From an uncultured Victivallales bacterium (GTDB taxonomy: Bacteria > Verrucomicrobiota > Kiritimatiellia > UBA8416), in NCBI GenBank assembly GCA_964523995.1, contig CAZGBW010000001.1, forward strand, positions 1 to 50,482: DNA of 50,482 nt. The letters are read 5' to 3'. Position 1 is the stretch's first letter. Every line of letters starts with the position of its first letter. The translations under genes and the position numbers were made by a program. Positions 33,246 through 42,495 of this stretch are shown here, one piece after another. The notes under the pieces were generated by a model. It worked only from the letters and a program-made list of their open reading frames with translations, did not search any database and was not told the origin of the DNA.

Positions 33246-36244
33246 CGCGATACTCCCCTTGCGACACGTCCTTCCCTGCGACGGCGGAGCGCAAGCAATG
33301 CTTCTACATCAACATTCAAAAGATCCTTCCGGGATTGGTCTGCAAGAACATGGCCCGCAGCCGACCCGACGGCCAGGCATGGCATGCCCGCCGCGTGCGC
33401 CGCCTCCACCCCGGCAGCCGCATCCTCGATCACAAGACAGCGCGACGGCGCGACTCGGAGCGCCTTGGCCGCCCTGTGAAAAACCTCGGGGTCTGGCTTT
33501 GAATGGACGATGTCATTCCCGTTGACAACGGCATCGAAGGCACTCGCGAGGCCGATGCGCTCCAGAATCGTGCCCGCGTTTCGACTAGAGGAGGCGACGG
33601 CCGTCCTGATCCCGCGCTCGCGCAGGCGGTCGAGAAGCAGCATGACACCGGGCAGGATGTCGCGCCCGTCGAGCGTCGACAGCAGGGCGCGGTACGTCTC
33701 GTTCTTGCGATCCGCCATGGCCTGCCGCTGCGCCGGCAGATAATCTCTTCCCGCCTTTTCCAGGAGAATCGACAGGCTCTCCATGCGGCTGACACCGCGC
33801 AACCGTTCATTGACAGCAACATCGAAGGGGATGCCCTCGCTGTCCGCCAACGCTTTCCACGCCCGGTAGTGAAGCCCGTCCGTGGACACGACCACGCCGT
33901 CGAGGTCGAACAACACGGCGCGGATGGGGGTTGTCGGTCGCGGCCTGGACCGGGGCGGCGGCAGGCGCCAGTCCCCCGCCAGAGACAACGCCTGCCCGGG
34001 ACGCAGCGTCCGCCTCCGCCCGCCAATCTCGAGAGGGATGGCGCTTCCGGAGCCCTCGACCGCGATATCCAGCCGCTCGGGCGTGACCGCGAAGCGCAGC
34101 CGCACCCCGTGGTAGAGCGTACTGAACGCCAGTGACTTCCAGTGCCTGGGCAGACGGGGTGCCACCGACAGGTGGTCGGGCATCACGCGCACGCCGCCGA
34201 AGCCGGACACGATCGCCGACCAGCCCGCTCCCAGACAGGCGGCGTGCAATCCCGCGTCCGTGCTGTCGCCGCGACGGCAACCGTCGACCTCGCAGGCCAT
34301 GCGCAGGTAGGGATAGGCTTTTTCAGGACGCCCGCAATCGAGGCTGAAAAGAACATGCAGCGCCGGCGAGAGACTCGACGCATGCAGGGTCACGGGAAAG
34401 TAGCGGTTGAAGTTGCGCAGGAAGATCTCCGGCGAGCTGAGCTCCGGAAGGAGATGCAGCAGCAGGAGCACGTCGGCCTGCTTGATCTGCTGTCGCGGAT
34501 GGCTGAAGTACCCATCGAACTGCTCATAGATCCCCGTCGCGGAATCAAAGCCTAGTGGCAAACGGTCCGCGATGTCGCGCCAGCGCCGCCGCTCCGCCCG
34601 CTTCACGCCGTGTTGCCTCAGGAATGCGCGATACGCCCTGGGACGTTCCTCGGCACAGCGGTCGAGGAGATCCGCCGCCCACCGCAGGTTCCAGGCTGCC
34701 ATCGCGTTCGTGTAGACGCTATTGTTGACATCGGAGTGATACTCGTCCGGACCGATGACGTTGCGGATATGACAGGCGGATCCAGTGACACCGCCTGTTT
34801 CCGCGACAATAGAGGCCCAGTAGCGGGCCGTCCCGACCGCCGTCTCGAGCGCCGGGCCGTAGAGCAGCGCCGTGTCACCCGTGGACAGGATGTGTTGATG
34901 GTATCCCATCGGCACGTCGGCATTGATGTGAATCTCCTGCTCGCCGCCACGCCAGCGGAAATAGCCACCCCTGCTGAGTGGCAGCCACCTCGGGCATTCC
35001 TCGCGGCCTGTCTCCGCGGACTCCCATGGGAACTGCACGCCCTCGGCACCGCTTGCAGCGGCGTTGGCACGGGCAGCATCCAGACGGTCGTACCGGTACT
35101 TGAGCAGCGACTCGGCGATGTCCGGGAACTGCTGGCTGAAGAACGGCAGCATGTAGATCTCGGTATCCCAGAAAATGTGCCCGTTGTAACCGGGTCCCGT
35201 GAGTCCCTTGGCCGGAATGCTGGCACTCAGCCCGAGCCGCCAGTTGTGGAGGGAGGCCGACTGCAGAAGCTGGAAGACAAAGAACCGCGCCATGGTCTGC
35301 GCCATGCGGTCGCCCTTGATTCCAATGTCGGCGTCCCGCCAATAGGCGGACCATTCCTCCGCATGCTCACGCGCAAGCGCGGAAAAACCGGGGCATGCGG
35401 CGACCTCGGCATGAACCGCGCTCAGCGGGTCCTTCTGGCGCAGATCGTTCCGGATGCTGACGACCTTCTCGACGGTGTATGTCCGACCCTGCTCCGCATG
35501 AAATGTCAGGGCAACGCCGGCCAGGTGTGCATCCCGTACCGGTCGCTCCGTAAACGACGCGTCCGCGCGGCCCGCGTGGAACGCATGCCTGGCGGCCACA
35601 GCCACGCCGATCCCGGTCTGCAGCGAACGCAGGGCATACCAGGCCGTGCATTCATCCGACCCCGAATCGGTCTGTCGCGTCTGCACGATGCCATCGGGAT
35701 ATCCCCCGCGAGCATCCAGCAGCGAGGACACGGTCAACGTACCCGAGTAGTTCAAGGGCGTAATGCGATACCGGATCGCCACGATGTTCGGACGGCTCTG
35801 ACTGACCAGGCGGCAGGATTCAATACGCGTCCGACGGTTCATTGCATGCACGAAACGGGTCACCCGCTTCAACGTGCCCGCACGCATGTCAAGTGTGGTT
35901 GTTTCTTCTTCCGGCGCAACCGCCGGGTCCGTGACGAGCGTGTCCCCGTCAAACAGGCGCATGGCGAAAACGTTGGGCAGGTTCACCAGTCGTGACGGGC
36001 GCCGATACTTGGGCGGCTCGTCCTGCTGCCGGGCAGGGCGTCCGTACACTTCGGCCATCAGCGTCATCGGCAGGTCAGGCGGCGCCGGGTCGGCCTCTTC
36101 GCGAGAGCCGCGGATGCCAAGGAGCCCGTTGCCAAGCGTGAACACGCTCTCCCAGTACGCCCGCTCCTCCGGCCGCGGCGAGGAGCACACGATCTTCCAG
36201 CCCCGCAGAGGCGAGGTGTCAACGGGCCGTCCGGTGCTCTTCAT
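33242..36244 (-). CDS. GH65 glycoside phosphorylase (kojibiose/maltose/trehalose phosphorylase family) fused to beta-phosphoglucomutase (HAD)
   Basis: 1000 aa. GH65 N-terminus WESVFTLGNGLLGIRGSREE and catalytic block GHIFWDTEIYMLPFF. C-terminal ~220 aa has VLFDLDGVVVSTD, RGVSRMESL, SKPDPEVF and IEDAAAGVEAAHAAGM, the beta-PGM HAD motifs. Confidence 0.9.
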   Translation of the reverse strand: MKSTGRPVDTSPLRGWKIVCSSPRPEERAYWESVFTLGNGLLGIRGSREEADPAPPDLPMTLMAEVYGRPARQQDEPPKYRRPSRLVNLPNVFAMRLFDGDTLVTDPAVAPEEETTTLDMRAGTLKRVTRFVHAMNRRTRIESCRLVSQSRPNIVAIRYRITPLNYSGTLTVSSLLDARGGYPDGIVQTRQTDSGSDECTAWYALRSLQTGIGVAVAARHAFHAGRADASFTERPVRDAHLAGVALTFHAEQGRTYTVEKVVSIRNDLRQKDPLSAVHAEVAACPGFSALAREHAEEWSAYWRDADIGIKGDRMAQTMARFFVFQLLQSASLHNWRLGLSASIPAKGLTGPGYNGHIFWDTEIYMLPFFSQQFPDIAESLLKYRYDRLDAARANAAASGAEGVQFPWESAETGREECPRWLPLSRGGYFRWRGGEQEIHINADVPMGYHQHILSTGDTALLYGPALETAVGTARYWASIVAETGGVTGSACHIRNVIGPDEYHSDVNNSVYTNAMAAWNLRWAADLLDRCAEERPRAYRAFLRQHGVKRAERRRWRDIADRLPLGFDSATGIYEQFDGYFSHPRQQIKQADVLLLLHLLPELSSPEIFLRNFNRYFPVTLHASSLSPALHVLFSLDCGRPEKAYPYLRMACEVDGCRRGDSTDAGLHAACLGAGWSAIVSGFGGVRVMPDHLSVAPRLPRHWKSLAFSTLYHGVRLRFAVTPERLDIAVEGSGSAIPLEIGGRRRTLRPGQALSLAGDWRLPPPRSRPRPTTPIRAVLFDLDGVVVSTDGLHYRAWKALADSEGIPFDVAVNERLRGVSRMESLSILLEKAGRDYLPAQRQAMADRKNETYRALLSTLDGRDILPGVMLLLDRLRERGIRTAVASSSRNAGTILERIGLASAFDAVVNGNDIVHSKPDPEVFHRAAKALRVAPSRCLVIEDAAAGVEAAHAAGMPCLAVGSAAGHVLADQSRKDLLNVDVEALLALRRRREGRVARGVSR

Positions 36245-37505
36245 CCGGGGAGCATCCTTTCTTCCGCATGTTCACAGACAGGAGACCGGGGGCACCACCG
36301 GCCATTTCGAGCATGTCCTGCACCAGCAGGTTCCATCCGATGAAGCCCCCCTCGAGCCCGCTCCTTGACTGACCGGCGGAGGGAGCCAGCGGAGCACCCG
36401 TTTCCGCGTCGTAGTTCTCGTGCATCGACCCAATCGCCTCGATGTCGGTCACGCACAGCCCCGCCACCCTCCCTGCCAGGTCGGCCTCTTCGGCGCGGAA
36501 CCCGTAGTGCAGCAGCGCGGTCGCATAGAAATAGCAGGCAATCGGCCATATGGGCCCCTGCCAGTTCGAGTACGGCACGATCATGTTGACGTTGTTGTAT
36601 TCATGATCCTGCCGCGACAGGGTCCGCAGCCCGTGAGGGCTGAGCATATGGGCTTTGTTCCAGAGATAAGCGCGGATCATCGCCTGCCCCCCGGTGCGCG
36701 GCAGCATACCGGCCCAGAGCGGCACGAAATTGGAGAAGGAAACGCGCCGTATCCATTCGCGCGTCTGCCGATGACGATTCCAGCAGCCCTGTGTACTCTC
36801 ATCCCAGAGGTTTTCCATAAAGGCGGCGTGCAGGGCGTGCGCCCGCGCCTCGAAAGCATCGGCCGCATCGGTACGCCCGAGGCGCCCGGCCACCTGCGCC
36901 AGCGCGAGATACTCGCGCCACATGTACGCGTTGATATCGCACGAGAGAATCATTCCCTTCTGTGACGGATCGTTGCCGATGGCCGGGTTGTTGTCGGCTC
37001 CCGACTGCATGGCATCGTCCCAGAAGAAAAGGCCGGTGGACTCGTCCCGGTGCGTGCGTTCCCTGAGTGTCACGATCGTCACCAGGCGGTCAAAAGACGC
37101 GGACACCCAGTCGCGGGCCCCGGCATCCAGGCGCCATGCCAGCTCGACGCCCTGGGCCAGGAACGGCTTCATCTGGAAGCCGACGATCCCGGACCGCCGA
37201 CCTTCGGTCGTCACGCAGCCCGGCGTCCAGCCGTTCTCGTCGGCGATAGCGATGAAGGTTCGCGCCCAGTTTGCCATGTAGACAGGCTGGGAAGGCGTTC
37301 GGCCGGCGAAGTGCAGCGCGATGAAAAACCCGTCCCAATCCCAAAGCTGTTCGTAGAATCCGCCCGGCACGACATAGTCGTAGGGGATATACCCCTTGGC
37401 CGGCTTCACAACAAGGCGTCGCAAGGCGTCGAAAGTCTTCCCCACCCGATCGAATAGTGGTGACAAGGTTGGTACGCCACCGGCTTCATCCTGCCGCCGT
37501 GTCAT
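36219..37505 (-). CDS. (alpha/alpha)6-barrel glycoside hydrolase, GH63/GH37 (YgjK/trehalase/MGH1)-like
   Basis: 428 aa, no signal peptide. Motifs LWDWDGFF, FFWDDAMQSGADNNP, WQGPIWPIACYF, HENYDAETG and GWN. The start overlaps the GH89 stop (ATGA). Confidence 0.75.
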   Translation of the reverse strand: MTRRQDEAGGVPTLSPLFDRVGKTFDALRRLVVKPAKGYIPYDYVVPGGFYEQLWDWDGFFIALHFAGRTPSQPVYMANWARTFIAIADENGWTPGCVTTEGRRSGIVGFQMKPFLAQGVELAWRLDAGARDWVSASFDRLVTIVTLRERTHRDESTGLFFWDDAMQSGADNNPAIGNDPSQKGMILSCDINAYMWREYLALAQVAGRLGRTDAADAFEARAHALHAAFMENLWDESTQGCWNRHRQTREWIRRVSFSNFVPLWAGMLPRTGGQAMIRAYLWNKAHMLSPHGLRTLSRQDHEYNNVNMIVPYSNWQGPIWPIACYFYATALLHYGFRAEEADLAGRVAGLCVTDIEAIGSMHENYDAETGAPLAPSAGQSRSGLEGGFIGWNLLVQDMLEMAGGAPGLLSVNMRKKGCSPDEEHRTAR

Positions 37506-39700
37506 TGCGCCCCCCGTGATTGCAGCAGAGGAAGGTATTTATCCTGCAGCGCGGCGATACAGCTTAGCGCATCACCCGAAGGCTCATCCGCATAGGGTTC
37601 CGTGCCATGCGCCCAGGCCTCCTCCCACATCTGCAGCCTGCGACTGAAATCAACCTCATCATAGTCGCGCCCGTCTTGACGGCATGCGCGCAACTCTTCA
37701 AAATACCGGCGCCACCGCTCCAGGTAATATCCCCGGAGAAGACCGTTCCATTCCTTGCGCGCATAGTCACGCAGCATGCTGCCGCGCCTGCCCCATAGCG
37801 TCAACTGGGTACGGGCATTCCATTCGAGTAACCGTTTCTCTTCGCCTGTCTCGCCCCAGCGCTTCGCATCGGAAATCCATTTGCCGAGAAGGAATTCCCC
37901 TCGCGTACCGAGCACGGTGTCCATGTCCAGGATCAGGCCAAGGAACCGGCTTTCCGCGGCCGCCAGGCTTTCTGTGTCGCCCGACTGGAAAGCTTGCGAC
38001 AGCTCGCCTTGCAGCGTGTCTGTATGGTTCGAGAGAACCTGTCTCGTGAGGTCGACCAAGTCATACAGGTAGGGTGATTTCCGTCCGATCCGGTCCGCAC
38101 AGGCAAACAGTTGCTGCCAAGCCTGGGCAAGCAATGCGTTATCGTAATAGGTTGGGCGATGGTTCTTGAGTGACGGCGGCATGCACAGCACGGACGACGG
38201 GGTGCGAAGATCCGATGGACGTGCATACACGGTTTGCAGAAGCAGGGTCCAGGCGCTGATCGCCTCATCAGGCACCACGCCGTATCGCCGGCGCAGGTAT
38301 CCATGCACCCATGCGCGCAATTCGGGAGGATCCCGCCGCCACATCATATCGGTGGCCAGATCGTAAACCACGGGATTCTGCTCTATCCCTTCAGGCGCAA
38401 GCCCCATGCCCACCAGACTGCCGGGTGCCGCTTCGCGCAGCGCTCGCGGCGGCTCGCTGGCGAGCTTCTCCAGATTGCCGACCATGCTGCGGTTTCCTCC
38501 GAAGTTGTGGATGACATTCCAGATCCACGGCCGACCATAGTAACTTTGCGTTCGCGACCAGACAGGGTGCTCATCACTGTTCAGATCCAGCACGATAAGC
38601 CGATCCTCGGGAAAACCGTCAAGCAGGGCTCGGATCTGCTCTTCCTGCCAGAAATCAGGATCCTCCGGATTGAAGAAGAACATCCAGCCCTGCATGACCA
38701 GAAGCGCCTCGGGATCCGCGCCCGCCGTGGCCGCGTATACGCTGGCAGCCATGGATCTGAGGTAAGCAGGATCATTGCTGGGGGGGCAGTTTTCATTAAA
38801 GGAGTCGCAGGTGTAGACATGGTCCGTGCCGTAGCGGCGGGTCTGCTCGGAAATGAAACGGTGGCCGATCTCGCCGAACAGCGGATCGTGTGGGTCAAGC
38901 AGCCACGTACCGTCAAAATGCTTCGCCCACTTGGCGAGCTGCCTTATGCCTGCATCCGGGAAATGCAGGCGTAATGCAGCCGGCACGTGCCCCGTGAATG
39001 TCGGCAGAACCGGACGCATCCCCAGTTCACGCTGCCGGGCCACAATGCGGCACTGCAGCGCCTCCTGCGCCTTGATCCAGCTCAACGGCAGCGGACCGCC
39101 CCAACCGTCCAGATTACCCATCCAGCCCCAGGCAAGGAACGCCGGTCCGGCAATGAAGCCCAGAATCTCCTCGTCACTGAGCCCCATGTCCCGATAGACC
39201 GCCAGCCAGACGGCCTCCTGCCCTGTAAGCGCCAGCGGCAGCGTAAACCCGTTGAGCGCCATCCAGTCGATCTCGCGCTCCCAACGCGCCCAGTCCCACC
39301 AGACCATACTGTAGGAGAATGTGCAATAGTTGAAACAGTAGCGCTCGCGGTAAGGACCGGCAACACGGCAGACTGTCTCTACCGGCGGCAGCTCCGTCGG
39401 TAATTCCAGCCGGGCGCCACACCACGAGAGATGCACGCTGCAGTGGTGCTTCAGATACCAGTGCAGGGCTGCAGCCTGTGCGGGAATGGACGACGCGCGC
39501 AGGACAATACGTCCCGCGACACTCTCGATCTCAAACACATCCCCGTCGCCGTCATGCGCGATACTTTCCAACGCAAACTCATTCTGGCGCCCGGGCAGTA
39601 TCCGATTGATCAGGCCGACCACGCCAGCTGCATGTTGACCGTCGCTCGTATGGCATTCCCCATTCCCCATTGTTTTCTGCATAACTCGTGACCTATCCAT
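37502..39700 (-). CDS. GH89 alpha-N-acetylglucosaminidase (NAGLU family), apparently cytoplasmic
   Basis: FNYCTFSYSMVWWDWARWEREIDWMALNGFTLPLALTGQEAVW..GPAFLAWGWMGNLDGWGGPLP is the NAGLU TIM-barrel signature. No signal peptide. The start could instead be Met7 or Met11. Confidence 0.9.
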   Translation of the reverse strand: MDRSRVMQKTMGNGECHTSDGQHAAGVVGLINRILPGRQNEFALESIAHDGDGDVFEIESVAGRIVLRASSIPAQAAALHWYLKHHCSVHLSWCGARLELPTELPPVETVCRVAGPYRERYCFNYCTFSYSMVWWDWARWEREIDWMALNGFTLPLALTGQEAVWLAVYRDMGLSDEEILGFIAGPAFLAWGWMGNLDGWGGPLPLSWIKAQEALQCRIVARQRELGMRPVLPTFTGHVPAALRLHFPDAGIRQLAKWAKHFDGTWLLDPHDPLFGEIGHRFISEQTRRYGTDHVYTCDSFNENCPPSNDPAYLRSMAASVYAATAGADPEALLVMQGWMFFFNPEDPDFWQEEQIRALLDGFPEDRLIVLDLNSDEHPVWSRTQSYYGRPWIWNVIHNFGGNRSMVGNLEKLASEPPRALREAAPGSLVGMGLAPEGIEQNPVVYDLATDMMWRRDPPELRAWVHGYLRRRYGVVPDEAISAWTLLLQTVYARPSDLRTPSSVLCMPPSLKNHRPTYYDNALLAQAWQQLFACADRIGRKSPYLYDLVDLTRQVLSNHTDTLQGELSQAFQSGDTESLAAAESRFLGLILDMDTVLGTRGEFLLGKWISDAKRWGETGEEKRLLEWNARTQLTLWGRRGSMLRDYARKEWNGLLRGYYLERWRRYFEELRACRQDGRDYDEVDFSRRLQMWEEAWAHGTEPYADEPSGDALSCIAALQDKYLPLLQSRGAQ

Positions 39701-40017
39701 AATACGTTGACCCTGTCATGCTATGGCAGGCCATTCCGCGCGCACACGGCCAGCTAAACACCTAATCCAAGGTTGAAATGGTCACGCGGCAGGCCAAGCG
39801 CCTTCGGTTGCAAGACCAGAGGCGCGACATGACTTACGTGATCGTGGGGGAGTCTAGAAGCTGCGAACGGTTACGTCAATAATAATAAATATCTATCCAT
39901 GACATCAGGTGCCGGAATGTTACAATTCGTATTTAATAAAGCCTATCCGTGAGAACCAGGCAGATCAAAGTCACGATCAACTAGGACAAGAATAGACACA
40001 TTCACCGATTATTCTAT

Positions 40018-40047
40018 TGACTGTCCAAACCCGACGTGATTACTATG
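40018..40047 (+). promoter_or_regulatory. sigma70-like promoter candidate TTGACT-18-TACTAT
   Basis: Hexamers at 40018-40023 and 40042-40047, at the end of an AT-rich island and ~75 nt upstream of ATG 40121. Confidence 0.4.
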
Positions 40048-40120
40048 CTTGTGTTTGTACAGCAATCTGAATCCGGAAGGTGACGTAACGCCTGCAGGAT
40101 GGGGCGGGAGACCGATCGCG

Positions 40121-40888
40121 ATGGAACATGCCAATATGTTTGTGTGGGTGGTCTTCGCCGCCTTCCTGTCGGCTATCTTGTACAACGTGCGGCGGATGCG
40201 CGCCGGGCGGGAGGTCTTCCTGCGGAGGATCACCGGTCTGGAAGTTGTCGAGGAGGTGATCGGCCAGGCGACCGAACAGGATCGACCGATCATGTTCAAT
40301 CCCGGTTTTGGCGGTATCGGGATAGAGTTGTTCTGCTCTCTGGCCGTGATGGGGCACGTGGTGCGACGGGCGGCCAGGCTGTCAATGCCGGTGCTGGCCC
40401 CGCTGGCCGATCCGCTGGCATACGCCATGGCCGAGGAGTACTGGAAGGACGGCTACGCCGCCGAAGGCAAGGAGGGCATGTTTCCGGTCGAGGATTGCCT
40501 GCGTTACCTTTCGAACAATCAGGCCGCTTACGCCGCGGGCGTCGCGGGCTGGATCAAGCGCGACAAGGTGGGCGCGAATCTGATCTTCGGTGAGTACGGA
40601 TTCGAGGCGCTTGTCATTGCCGAGGCGGGGCAGCAGGCCGGGGCGGTGCAGATCGCCTGTACGCCGAGCTTCTTCCAGGTCCCGTTTTTTGTTGTCTCAT
40701 GCGATTACACGGTATTCGGGGAGGAGTTTTACGCGGCGGGCGCGTACTTCAGTCGTGATCCGGTCCTGACAGGCAGCCTGATCGCGCAGGATTGGGTCAA
40801 GCTGCTGCTTCTGCTTGTTGTCCTGGCGGGTGTGGCCAGCCTGTCCCTGTTTGAGAGCGAATGGGTGAACGCTCTGCTGTACTGGTAA
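40121..40888 (+). CDS. bitopic membrane protein (N- and C-terminal TM helices bracketing a soluble domain), unknown family
   Basis: ORF from 40049, with the start moved to ATG 40121 because the first ATG sits on the putative -10. TM helices FVWVVFAAFLSAILY and WVKLLLLLVVLAGVASLSLF. First gene of a tightly coupled array. Confidence 0.65.
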   Translation: MEHANMFVWVVFAAFLSAILYNVRRMRAGREVFLRRITGLEVVEEVIGQATEQDRPIMFNPGFGGIGIELFCSLAVMGHVVRRAARLSMPVLAPLADPLAYAMAEEYWKDGYAAEGKEGMFPVEDCLRYLSNNQAAYAAGVAGWIKRDKVGANLIFGEYGFEALVIAEAGQQAGAVQIACTPSFFQVPFFVVSCDYTVFGEEFYAAGAYFSRDPVLTGSLIAQDWVKLLLLLVVLAGVASLSLFESEWVNALLYW

Positions 40889-40899
40889 CGAGGAGCGGT

Positions 40900-42495
40900 G
40901 TGAACCGACGAACATTTCTTAAAACACTAGCCTTCACGGTAGGTCTCTACTTTGTCCTTAATTTCCTCCTGCCGGAGAAACTGGGGGGCGATTTCGATAG
41001 CTACAATGTGCACTCGCCGACGGCCGTGCAAACCCCGGACGGAACGGTTGTGCTCTACGTCGGGCAGTACAGCAGCAAACTTGCCGCGGTTGGACGGTTG
41101 CAACCTGCGCCGTTGGGAAACACGGGGATGACCAGGATGCCAGACCACCCGGTACTTCGGCGTTCCCTGTTCATCCCGGACGACCAGCATGGAATGGCAC
41201 AGTTGGATGCGGTTGTGAGCGCGGGCAGTATTGAACTTTTCTACATGGGGATCGACCGCGAGAACCGGCTCACGCTGTGCCGCGCCACCGGGAACATGGC
41301 GGGAACCGAATGGAGCAAGCAGTCGCCGCCGCATTTCCGTACCTCGATGGAACACCCCCCGGCCACGCAACCCGGAGTCTATCGCAACGGATTGCTCGGG
41401 GGGACGCTTGAGTTCTTCGCCGTGGACAAGGCCGATGACACCTGGCGTTTTGTCCTGCTGATCAAATCGCCGATCCGGGGCCGGGAAATATGGCTGGCGA
41501 CCGCCACAGACCTGCAAGACCTCCGGCTTGCCCCGCAGCCACTTGTGACCGCCCACGACATCCCGCTTAATTTCACCGCATTCGATGCCCATTCCGGCCA
41601 GGATGGATGGACGTTGTTTTTTGCTTCCGAGCGCGATCTGATCTCGCTGCCGGTCGCAGCTCCGGCAGACGCCTCGCGTCGTACACTTCTACCCGATGGC
41701 CAGCGGGCGACGGGGTTGAGGCTGGAGCCCGATGCAGGGATGCTGTACCTTTCAACCTCCGCTTACCGACCATCCGGGACGCCCCCTGAAGAGTCCGCGG
41801 TGGAGACGCGGCTCGCCGCGCTGGAGATATCCGACCAGGGGCAACCGGATACGCTGCACACGACCGGCAAGCCCCCTGTGCCGACATACCTGGGACGCGG
41901 TATGCAAATGGCCGGCACGTTCCTGCAGATCATCGGCGCCATGGCCCTGTTCATCGCGGTCATCAACCTGTCGCTTTTTCACGGCAAGACACTGACGAGC
42001 CGCAGGAAGGGGTGGCCCAACAGCCTGGTCTTCTTCATTTTCCTGATCGGAATGTTCGTCGTGACCCTCATGGGAAAGGGCATGGCGGGCGGCGAAGCGC
42101 TGGACTCCGGCTGGGGGCTGGCCTATGACTTCCTCTTCCAAAGCATTGTGCAGGCAATGGGGACAGCCGTCTTCTCGATGATTACCTTCTTCATGATTTC
42201 AGCGGCCTATCGCTCCTTCCGTGTGCGCAGCCTGGATGCCGCCCTGCTGATGGCGGCGGCCTGCATCGTGATGGTCGGGCAAATGCCGCTGGGCGAGTGG
42301 CTCGGGATGATCGTGCCTGATTCGCTCTTTTTCCTGCGTTTTCCCTGGCTGAGCCAGAAACTGCTGACGGTGATCAATGCCTGCGCCTACCGCGGAGTTC
42401 TCATCGGTTTGACCGTGGGGGCCATCTCGATTGCAATCCGGATCTGGCTCGGAATGGACAACAGCGTGTATTCAGGGCTGGAGGGTAAGTCATGA
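40900..42495 (+). CDS. membrane protein: Tat-like RRTFLK N-terminus, beta-rich ectodomain, C-terminal 5-6 TM bundle; unknown family
   Basis: GTG 40900 lies 4 nt after GAGGAG and 11 nt after the upstream TAA. The N-terminus reads (M)NRRTFLKTLAFTVGLYFVLNFLL. C-terminal hydrophobic helices run from FLQIIGAMALFIAVINLSLF onward. Confidence 0.7.
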   Translation: MNRRTFLKTLAFTVGLYFVLNFLLPEKLGGDFDSYNVHSPTAVQTPDGTVVLYVGQYSSKLAAVGRLQPAPLGNTGMTRMPDHPVLRRSLFIPDDQHGMAQLDAVVSAGSIELFYMGIDRENRLTLCRATGNMAGTEWSKQSPPHFRTSMEHPPATQPGVYRNGLLGGTLEFFAVDKADDTWRFVLLIKSPIRGREIWLATATDLQDLRLAPQPLVTAHDIPLNFTAFDAHSGQDGWTLFFASERDLISLPVAAPADASRRTLLPDGQRATGLRLEPDAGMLYLSTSAYRPSGTPPEESAVETRLAALEISDQGQPDTLHTTGKPPVPTYLGRGMQMAGTFLQIIGAMALFIAVINLSLFHGKTLTSRRKGWPNSLVFFIFLIGMFVVTLMGKGMAGGEALDSGWGLAYDFLFQSIVQAMGTAVFSMITFFMISAAYRSFRVRSLDAALLMAAACIVMVGQMPLGEWLGMIVPDSLFFLRFPWLSQKLLTVINACAYRGVLIGLTVGAISIAIRIWLGMDNSVYSGLEGKS

